From Negaprion brevirostris (Eukaryota), in the NCBI GenBank assembly GCA_030324005.1, contig JARDVH010000130.1, positions 33,468,734 to 33,532,733 of the forward strand: a stretch of DNA of 64,000 bases, given 5' to 3'. The notes under the pieces are model-generated. The model was not told the DNA's origin. It worked only from the letters and a program-made list of their open reading frames with translations, and did not search any database. This document shows positions 54,457 to 64,000 of this stretch, piece by piece (position 1 is the stretch's first letter; every line of letters starts with the position of its first letter). The position numbers and the translations under genes are program-made.

Positions 54457-55121
54457 CTGGGGAAAAAGAGATGGCTATTATGGATTTTCTTTATGTAGCA
54501 ACAAACTTTCCTCCTTGGATAAAGATCTGGATCCCTACAGGTGTTACAGCTTTACAGGTGCTGCCAGCACTCCAGTACCTCAACGTGCCGATTACTCATG
54601 TAACAGTCTTAACATTCGTACTGGGGCAAGCTCATCAACTATTGGCAGTGGGTCATCTTATCCCTACACATATACACTTAGAAAAGGACTGAGTCAAGAT
54701 TAACTGATTATACAGTACGGCGGCTTCTCCTGTCACTTTGACAGAGGACAATACAGTATGTAATCCAGCCCAACCAGTCCATGCCTGCATTTAGGCATCA
54801 CTCAGTTTGATGAGGAAGAATAAGATAAATATCAGTGGAACCCTCAATTCTCTTCTCCCTCATTCTGAACTAACTTCCCCTTTAATGCACCTAAGCCACT
54901 CACCTCAAACATTACCCTTAAGGCAAGGGGCAGGAGACTTACAGGGGATTTGAGTAAACAGTTTTTCACCCAGAGGGTGGTGGGAATCTGGAACTCACTG
55001 CCTAAAAGAACGGTAGATGCAGGAACCTTCGGCAATTAAGAAGCATTTAGATTAGCACTTGAAATGCCATAGTGTCCAAGGCTACAGACCAAGTGCTGGA
55101 AAATGGGATTACATTGGAGGT

Positions 55122-55300
55122 AAAAGGAAAATAATGTGGATGCTGGAATCTGAAAGGAAAAACAGGAAATGCTGGAAGATCTCAGAGGTCTGGCAATATC
55201 TGTGGAGAGAGAAGGGTCATCCAGACTCGAAACATTGGTCTATTCTCCCTCCACAGACACTGTCTGACCTAATGAGATTTTCCAACATTTGTTTTTGAAT
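55122..55300. repeat. Palindromic (MITE-like) Penelope-derived element inside a CR1 tail
   Basis: Arms aaatgctggaagatctcagaggtctggcaatatctgtggagagagaa / ttctccctccacagacactgtctgacctaatgagattttccaacattt; centre GAAGGGTC..GACTCGAAAC. Confidence 0.6.
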
Positions 55301-58072
55301 TAGAATATAGGTGCTTGATGGCTGGTGTAGATATGATGGCCCAAAGGGCCTCTTTGTGTGCCATAAAACTCTATGAACATGAGCCCTTATGGGAGCAAGT
55401 TCCACATTCTCACCATCCATTAAGCAAAGGAGGCATTCATACAATATAAAGAACAAAGAACAAAATCAGCCCGGGAAACAGGCCCTTCGGCCCAACGAGC
55501 CCGTGCTGCCATCTCAACACCANNNNNNNNNNNNNNNNNNNNNNNNNNNNNNNNNNNNNNNNNNNNNNNNNNNNNNNNNNNNNNNNNNNNNNNNNNNNNN
55601 NNNNNNNNNNNNNNNNNNNNNNAAATCTCCCACTACAACAACCCTATTCTTCCTACACTTATCCAAAATGTCCCTACGTATACCCTCTTCCACTGCCCAC
55701 ATCCCTCATCATCCTTGAACCTGTTCTCCCATTCAGGTACAAAATAGCAGATCTGCATCCTAACTATTTATTTAACTTTTGGGAGAAGCAAAACATTTAC
55801 CTTTCTTGGTTCCATAATCCTTAATACTTAGGCCTAACAAAAATCTAATGATTTCAGTTTTGAAATTTTCAATTAGCTCCCAGCCTCAAAAGCTTTTATC
55901 AAATCCTTTGATTATCTTATATCTGTCAAGATCATTCCTTATGTTTATCTAATGAAGGGAGTGCTTTTTCATCTTCTGTTTGGATTGACTGCAAACATTG
56001 AAGCTCAAAGACCCACAAGGAGCCTTGGAAATAGGGACATCACAACTTGTTTTAGTACTTCTACATTAGATAGTGGATGGAAAGATTGGATGGAAAGAAA
56101 ATTGGCTAGTGTTGCTGATTGTTATTCAATGGCCACAAGCTTTAAAGTCTGTTGATTTCACGATATATGATCCACAATTTATCACCACTCACAGCTCTGA
56201 AACTTACAATTTTTAAAAGAAATCTGATTCCTTCCATCTGTCTCAACCTTATTTCATTGCCTTCAACTGCTGACCAAAATGAAACTCAGAGAAATCCCCT
56301 CCCATCTGTTTTCCAGCAAGGGAGTAGAGGGAGGGTGTCTGGGTGGCAGGGTCATTGCAGTAATGAAAAAAAGTATGGCTGAATAGGTTTTCCTCTCTTC
56401 CTTTGGGAAAATGTTTGTCCTGGCATTGCTTGCGGAAACTTCCTTGAAGGATCATGCACGTAGACTTGTGTGCCCTTCCACTCCATGGGAGGTATCTGTC
56501 CTCCCTGAGCTCATCTGAGTACATCTGCATCACCTCATGCTACAACCCTCAATACGCTTCAGGCTGAATCGCAGGGAAAACATTTAAGTCTTTGGCCTTC
56601 AGCAGCATCCAAACTTGTACAGCACAAAGCACTCCCACTTGTTACAACCAGATTTTAGAAAGACAAAGCTTCAACTATATTGCTAGGCAATTTTCACAGT
56701 ACAACTAAATATAGTATGCAAGTTTCAAACAGCCCCAGCAACACTACATACATGTGTGCTTCCCCAAACAGTGTAAAGTTAGAAGTAGACCCTCAGTACT
56801 GTAAGGAAGGATGTGAATGCAAAAAGGACAAGAAACAGTGAGATATAACAGAATCGACAATGAGGACATCTGAACTGCTGTTTTTAAAACCGATTTTGTT
56901 TGGAGGCAAAGTATGTCTGCCAGGGCAGGAGAACCTGTTATAATAGCAATAGTAGGTAGTTTGTCACCCATTCATGTATCCTGCATCCATCAGTATAAAA
57001 AAAGGCTCAATCCTCACCTGAATTGCTACCTTCTGACACTATTATCAGGACCTGGTTTAGTTTAACAGGCAAATGAACAAAACGCAAAAATATTCAAATT
57101 TAGTTGCACACATCAGATAAGTTACAATGCACCAACCCACAGGCTCTGAGCGCACTGACCAAGGTTACTGTACATGACACAAGTGTCTCCACAAGCAACA
57201 CACCTATCCTGTTGACCAAGGGGTAGTTTGGGGACTGAATTACAAGCAAAGATTGGGGAGGTCAGGGTTCTTAAACTTCGAGAAGAGATGACAGAGAAGG
57301 GACATGACAATAGTGATGCTAAATCATTATTGAGCACATTCAAAACACTGCTGCCGGTATCCCATCCAGCATTAAGTCCTGCTCACCTANNNNNNNNNNN
57401 NNNNNTCCTGGTCTACAAGGCCTTGCTCTCCTGATGCAACAGTAACTACTGAAAGCAATTCACAGCCTGTGAAGACTCTTTGGGACACCCTGAGGGTAAG
57501 AGGCACTGTACAAATATAGCTTCTTTTTGAAATATAAAACCACTTGAAGTGAGAAGCCTTTGTATTTCATCAACACATAGGTTGGCTGAATGGATGCCAA
57601 AGTTAATTGTTGACAGATCAGCTAATGCAAAGCAACTAGACAAGAAACAACTTACATGACTCTTCCTTTACCTTGTACGCTGAGTTACAGATGAGAAAGT
57701 CCTCAGGTTTCGAGTTAGCTGATCTTAGCCATTGTGCCAGCTAAGCTGGTATCACTGCCCTCACTGCCTAGACCAAAGAAGATGGAAAAAGTGGGCAAGG
57801 TTCCCTCTCTAACCTCTACCCCATCACTCCAGCTTGCAGTATACATGGATTGGACGGGGATGAGTAAAGATTTGATTCTGATTTTCCTTTGCTTCCTCCC
57901 TGCCCTCCAACACCCCATCCCCTCTGATAAAACTCAAACAGACTACTGATACTCACCACCTCTTTTTGTACATGACAAGATAGCAGGAGGGGAAAATGGG
58001 TAGAAAGGAAAAATTAAGTTGTACTCCCTCTGACCATTTTTTCCCCTCCAGGTATTAATGTTATATACATAC

Positions 58073-58229
58073 CAGCAGTGATACCACTATGCTTGAGGAG
58101 TATGCCAGGTCCTCAATTATTTCAGTGCGGCGGTTAGCTCCAATTCGAAGGGAGCGGCTATGAACCTCCTCTGGAAGCACAGTCAGGATTTCCAACAGGA
58201 AGGGAAGGGATGATGGGTCATTGCTATAC
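58073..58229 (-). CDS. TNPO3: Transportin-3 exon 4 (157 nt)
   Basis: [52 protein letters not shown]; TTTCAG / GTATGT. Confidence 0.97.
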
Positions 58230-58826
58230 CTGAAATTGAAGGCAAGGTTGGTCATTGGCGTATCTGAGATTAAGCATAAAACAGAGGCAGCCAATTTACC
58301 TCAGTGTGTTGGCAACCACAGGACACCATCTGTCCCCCAAAAAAGATACCAACATCCAACTTCTTTCTCTCATACAAAATTTTAGGCCTAAATATAACCA
58401 TTTAAAAGCATATTGCTCCAGCAATCTTAGCGTAAAGCAAATTTTGTCAGGGAGATCTCTGACAGAAGTGCACGCTCCATGTAATATAGCTATATTTTCA
58501 CTGAACAGATGAGTTTAAAATCACATTGTGTCACTTTAGGCTCGGGAATTCATCCAGCAGAACCATGATACAGGAGTGCCTTTGTTCACCTCAACTGTTA
58601 GAAGGCCTTGGCATAGACACAGTCCTTGAAAAAAAATACAGGAGAGTTGCAAGAACAGATTGCCGAACATTCACCCACCTTTCCAGTTGAATTATACGTG
58701 GATGGGGGAAAGAACTGTGAGAAACAGACCTGAACTGGCAGTGACCGTCTTTGGCTAACTAGAACTGAGGAAAGATGCAACTTCTCTGCTTTTATATTAA
58801 TGCTCCCCAAACCCATAGACACCTAC

Positions 58827-58900
58827 TTTTCAGTCAGCATTTGCACACATCCTTTCCACGAGGCCATTTGCAGGGCAAGATCCGCAATCGCCAGTGCCAA
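58827..58900 (-). CDS. TNPO3: Transportin-3 exon 3 (74 nt)
   Basis: [25 protein letters not shown]; CAG acceptor, AA|GTAGGT donor. Confidence 0.97.
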
Positions 58901-60535
58901 CTGAGGAGAAGGGAGAAAGAAATTGTGTTTCAGAAACTGCAACTCCGCATAAAAGTTCATCACTCCTGTAATTCTGCAGAAGAGAAGCACCCACAGTGTT
59001 GGCAAAGTGTTAACCATCTTCACTTGTCACTGCTCATAGCCCTGAAACAGATTCTGGTCTGCAGCTTATCACATGACAGATTCCCAATTCCAAGTCAACG
59101 GTGAGAGGCCACAGCCAAAATGGTGGTGAAAAGTTGGAGGGACAATTCAGCATTAGGCTATGTGATAGTAGAGACTTGCTGTTTACTTGTTAGGGATAAC
59201 ATTTCCTTACTATTGAAATTCACTGTTGAAACTTAGCATTCCATATAATTTAGTAGGGTGACAGTCAGTGTGTGCTGAAAGTAAGGGTCAGGAGACCTTA
59301 CTGAAACAATTTACACTGGGATGCATTACAATGGATGGGTTTCCAGCATCCACAGTATTTTGCTTTTGTGTTCAAGGTATAATGGATCTCATATGTGAAA
59401 TATTATTGTGACTGTGAAAATTCCCTAGTCTCCGCACTCCGACGCCTGTTCAGGTACACTGAGGGAGAATTTAGCGTGGCCAATGCACCTAACCAGCACG
59501 TCTTTCGAACTGTGGGAAGAAACCAGAGCGCTCAGAGGAAATCCACACAGACACGGGGAAAACAAGCAGATTCCAAAAGACAGTTACCCAAGCTGGGATT
59601 CGAATCTGCGTCCCTGGTGCTGACACAGCAGTGCTGACACTGTACCACCATGCGGCAATAAGTCTCAAAACACCAGGTTAAAGTCCAACAGGTTTATTTG
59701 GAATCACGAGCTATCAGAGCAATGGCTCTGTATTTCTTTATTTATCACAAGGCTTACATTAAAACTGCAATGAAGTTCCCCTAGTTGTCATAGTCTGATA
59801 CCTGTTGACGTCAATGCACCTAACCAGCACATATTTCAGAACATGGGAGGAAACCGGAGAGCGTGGAAGAAACCCACACGGACACAGAGAGAACGTGCAA
59901 ACTCCACACAGACAGTGGCCCAAGCCGGGAATTGAACCCAGGTCCCTGGTGCGGTGAAGTAGCAGTGCTAACCACTTACTACCATGCCACCCCATTAGCA
60001 GCAGGTCCTTCATGAAGGAGCAGCNNNNNNNNNNNNNNNNNNNNNNNNNNNNNNNNNNNNNNNNNNNNNNNNNNNNNNNNNNNNNNNNNNNNNNNNNNNN
60101 NNNNNNNNNNNNNNNNNNNNNNNNAGCGCTCCAAAAGCTCATGATTCTAAACAAACCTGTTGGACTTTAACCTGGTGTTTGAGACTTCTTAGTGTGCCCA
60201 CCCCAGTCTAACGCCAGCATCTCTACATTATGGTGTCCAATGTAAGCCTACTTGTGACTAATAAACACTTTAGAAAGCCAGTCAGATCACGGTGTCCATC
60301 ACAAACTGTCCTTCAATTCACTACATGGATCCAAGCAGATGGTGAAACTAGGCACAGATCTTTTTCTTGATTGTAGGCTTTTTCACAGAATGTAGTATTA
60401 CATATCTACCAACCTACCTACCAACGCTCCAATGCCCCAGCAGTCCTTTTTTCTGAAATTATGTTGTTGCAGCATCAGTCCAGGCCTTTGTATTATTAGT
60501 GCAGCAACATTGTCACTATACTATCAACCCCTGAT

Positions 60536-60651
60536 AAGCCTATTGGACGTGGTATTTCCAGGCAATCACCCAAAGTACGAACAGGCCTAATTCTGATTAG
60601 CTTCCGAGATCAGATGAAGTCAAGCATTTTCGGACTAGTACGGTTGCAAGC
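60536..60651 (-). pseudogene. Decayed full-length 5S rRNA copy or 5S-derived SINE head
   Basis: GCTTGCAACCGTACTAGTCCGAAAATGCTTGACTTCATCTGATCTCGGAAGCTAATCAGAATTAGGCCTGTTCGTACTTTGGGTGATTGCCTGGAAATACCACGTCCAATAGGCTT aligns end to end with vertebrate 5S (TCTGATCTCGGAAGCTAA exact). Confidence 0.8.
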
Positions 60652-61193
60652 ATAGAGGATGTGTGAAAGTTCAATCCAGAAAGACATTACTCCTGTACCA
60701 CCCAAGTCCTGGGTCAGTTTCGAATCAGGTCCCTCCCCAACCAGAGGGCAATGTGTTACTGAGTGAGCCACTCCATGTTTCTAATCTGAATATTGCAGCT
60801 GCTGTGAAAACTCTGTAAACCTGATATGGCTTGAACACAAAACCTTCTGATTGAGAGTCAGTTGCACTATATTGTGCCACAAGATCCTTTTTATATGCGC
60901 ACAAGATACATAATCATTCAACACACTCCGCCTGATTTTCCTGAACAATACAATTCAAATAACATTAACATGGCCCATGATCTCATAGGATGAGTGGAGA
61001 GGTGCACAAGAGAAGTGCCACCTTGCATCAGTCTAGGTCCTCTCAAGTGAAGATGAAATGTAAAACAGCAATTTTTATCTAATGGCCATGAGATCAGTTC
61101 AGTATCTCCCACATGAAAACTTACACAGAAGTAACATACATTGTAGAAGTCAGGGAGACAAGTTTGTCTATCCTTCCTTGTTCAACAACTCAC

Positions 61194-61394
61194 CTGTGTA
61201 ACAATCACAGGAGACACATCCTTCAAGTTTTGAATGTGGGTGAGCAGTGAGTCTCGCAGAGATGAATGCGTTTCAGGTGGAAGTTCGTTAAATGAAGTCT
61301 GAATCTTCATCTTCATCGTCTGTGCTGCAAAGTAGCAGAGCTCCACTTCTTGTTGCAGCTGGAGCAACTGATCGGCAATCTCCCAGGCATACAT
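61194..61394 (-). CDS. TNPO3: Transportin-3 exon 2 (201 nt)
   Basis: [12 protein letters not shown]...SPVIVTQ matches human VHAWEISDQLLQ...SPVIVTQ; acceptor TTCAG, donor CAG|GTGAG. Confidence 0.97.
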
Positions 61395-61419
61395 CTGAAG
61401 GGAGATGGAAGAGACAGAG

Positions 61420-61497
61420 AGAGCGAAGGAGAGAAAACGAGCGAAGGAGAGAAAACGAGCGAAGGAGAGAAAACGAGCGAAGGAGAGAAAACGAGCG
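61420..61497 (+). repeat. 18-bp minisatellite (GAGCGAAGGAGAGAAAAC)n running into a gap
   Basis: At least 4 perfect units directly visible. Confidence 0.95.
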
Positions 61498-62889
61498 NNN
61501 NNNNNNNNNNNNNNNNNNNNNNNNNNNNNNNNNNNNNNNNNNNNNNNNNNNNNNNNNNNNNNNNNNNNNNNNNNNNNNNNNNNNNNNNNNNNNNNNNNNN
61601 NNNNNNNNNNNNNNNNNNNNNNNNNNNNNNNNNNNNNNNNNNNNNNNNNNNNNNNNNNNNNNNNNNNNNNNNNNNNNNNNNNNNNNNNNNNNNNNNNNNN
61701 NNNNNNNNNNNNNNNNNNNNNNNNNNNNNNNNNNNNNNNNNNNNNNNNNNNNNNNNNNNNNNNNNNNNNNNNNNNNNNNNNNNNNNNNNNNNNNNNNNNN
61801 NNNNNNNNNNNNNNNNNNNNNNNNNNNNNNNNNNNNNNNNNNNNNNNNNNNNNNNNNNNNNNNNNNNNNNNNNNNNNNNNNNNNNNNNNNNNNNNNNNNN
61901 NNNNNNNNNNNNNNNNNNNNNNNNNNNNNNNNNNNNNNNNNNNNNNNNNNNNNNNNNNNNNNNNNNNNNNNNNNNNNNNNNNNNNNNNNNNNNNNNNNNN
62001 NNNNNNNNNNNNNNNNNNNNNNNNNNNNNNNNNNNNNNNNNNNNNNNNNNNNNNNNNNNNNNNNNNNNNNNNNNNNNNNNNNNNNNNNNNNNNNNNNNNN
62101 NNNNNNNNNNNNNNNNNNNNNNNNNNNNNNNNNNNNNNNNNNNNNNNNNNNNNNNNNNNNNNNNNNNNNNNNNNNNNNNNNNNNNNNNNNNNNNNNNNNN
62201 NNNNNNNNNNNNNNNNNNNNNNNNNNNNNNNNNNNNNNNNNNNNNNNNNNNNNNNNNNNNNNNNNNNNNNNNNNNNNNNNNNNNNNNNNNNNNNNNNNNN
62301 NNNNNNNNNNNNNNNNNNNNNNNNNNNNNNNNNNNNNNNNNNNNNNNNNNNNNNNCTCGCCTATCAAAAACCTATCTACCCGCATCTTAAAAATATTTAG
62401 CGAGGCAGCCTCCACCACTTCAACGGGCAGACCTTACCCTTCATGACCGCACCTGGGAGTCCTTTCCAAAAGCTATTCAAGTGTCTGAAGTAGTATTTCC
62501 CAAAATCCAGGGATTTGAGCACAGAATGCAGGCTAATGGTCTTGATCCAATATTGAGGGAGTGTTGTGCTGTCACTGGTGCTTATGAATGAGGCGTTGAT
62601 CAGAGGAACGCTCAGGTGGATGTATTTTGAAAAGTAGCAGGGAAGTTTGCCCAGGTCATTATGTAACCCTCAACATAAATAAAGACACAATATCTAGCCA
62701 TTATGTTATTACTGTTTATGGGACTTGCTGTGTACAAATTGGCTACCATGTTTTCTACATTATAATATTGATACGCTTCAAAAAAGTACCTAATTGACCT
62801 TAAAGATCTCTGGGACATCCCAAGGTTGTGAAAGGCATTCGATAAGTTTCTTTATTAATATTAAATTTGTTCTGTAGAATTATTCTGAG

Positions 62890-63280
62890 GGTATTAGCAC
62901 AATAAAGACCAATTTCTGCAATTCAGAAAATTAAGAGGTTATCCTGTTGATATTTTCAAGATATTATGAGTAACAGATAAGATAGAAAGAAATTATTTCT
63001 GCTGGTTGGAAAGTCTCAAGACAAGGGACCACAGCCTAAAAATTAGAACCAGTCCTTTCAGAACTGAAAGTTCAGAAACACTTTAAAAAGGTAAATGTTT
63101 GGAACTCTCTTCCACCAACAGTTGATGTTAGGTCAATTATTAATCTATTAACCTCAAATTAAAAATTCTTAACCAAAGCTAGTAAGGGATCTGGCCAGAG
63201 GCCAAATCAGCCATAATTCCACTGAATACCAGAACAGACTCAATGGACAAAATGGCTTCATTCTGTTCTATGTTTCTACT
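62890..63280 (+). mobile_element. CR1 LINE 3' fragment
   Basis: LRGxLxxIFKI, RDHSLKIR..F motifs; tail tgttctatgtttcta. Confidence 0.7.
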
Positions 63281-64000
63281 GAACAGAGGATAAAACACTG
63301 GTACAAAAAGGATGTGGTTCATGGCATTATAGAATAATTTCATTCTCCAAGCACACAATCTTTGAACAAATGGCTTATGTAAATATCTGGCAAAACTATC
63401 TCAGATTTCCTCACTCTCCTTTAGCCATTTCCTCCTCCCCACACAAGGAAGGAAGGTGCTTGGGACTTGGTCACACGTGGGCTCCAAACACTGTTTCACC
63501 CAGAGCAAGAATCAGAGTTCAGTTAGTGCGAAGGAGCTGGATCACCATCAGCAACACTGTACTGGTTGCAAAAGATTAAAAGTCAAATGTTTGGAAGCTG
63601 GATCAGCATGCAGGCTGAGATGACAATGAATCCATAATCAACCAACAACCAAGATTAAGATTTTCATCAGTAGCCATTTGAGGTAAACAGGATAATTCAG
63701 CTCCTTCAATCTGTATGATTCAATAGCTCCCACCATCTAATTCTTCCAACTAAGCCACCAGCATTGCTCTTGCCAAAATAGAGAACAGAGGAAAGAAAGA
63801 AATGAAGAATGTTAAGGAGATGCAACTCACTTCAGTACTGATGGTGAGACTCCTTTTCAAGAGATTACTGTGCTGTAGCGAAACTACAAATGCAACTAAC
63901 ACTGCAAACTCAACTGTACTGGGAATTTAGTCCACCGAAAAGAGTCTCTCTCTGCCAACGGAAGGTCCTGCATCAACTAACCTTGTCCAAGCTCCCAAAA

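Noticed and set aside
60536-60651. Functional 5S rRNA gene
   Set aside because: Many substitutions and deletions, including in the internal control region; solitary copy with no T4 terminator.
61392-61394. ATG at the start of exon 2 as the TNPO3 start codon
   Set aside because: It follows a splice acceptor and aligns to about residue 41 of human TNPO3; exon 1 is not visible in this window.
61288-62446. Long ORFs of 300-460 aa here and at 18428-19330 and 46632-48017
   Set aside because: Artefacts of translating through N gaps and the minisatellite.

Overview
Draft-assembly eukaryotic DNA with many N gaps, probably from a shark. The taxon is inferred from HE1-type V-SINEs, Deu-type SINEs and abundant CR1/L2 LINEs. 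The window holds almost the whole transportin-3 gene (TNPO3, TRN-SR2) on the minus strand. Coding exons 2-22 were located with GT-AG boundaries, and their lengths and phases tile the human CDS as I recall it. Exon 13 runs into a gap and exon 1 is not visible. A non-coding terminal exon follows an intron 38 nt after the stop. The introns contain layered retroelements: SINEs, CR1, L2, Rex1/Babar, a decayed Gypsy element, solo LTRs with target-site duplications, a hAT remnant and Penelope-like termini. Signals most worth follow-up: (1) a near-intact minimal hammerhead-ribozyme motif in the sense strand of intron 15; (2) a 176-aa spliced downstream ORF in the predicted 3' UTR; (3) an adenine-free pyrimidine minisatellite covering the usual branch-point zone of exon 2; (4) a full-length decayed 5S rRNA copy joined to a SINE head; (5) an ETS-IRF/AP-1/NF-kB-like motif cluster just past the gene's 3' end. 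I found no prokaryotic-type system such as CRISPR. All family assignments are from memory, not from database searches.
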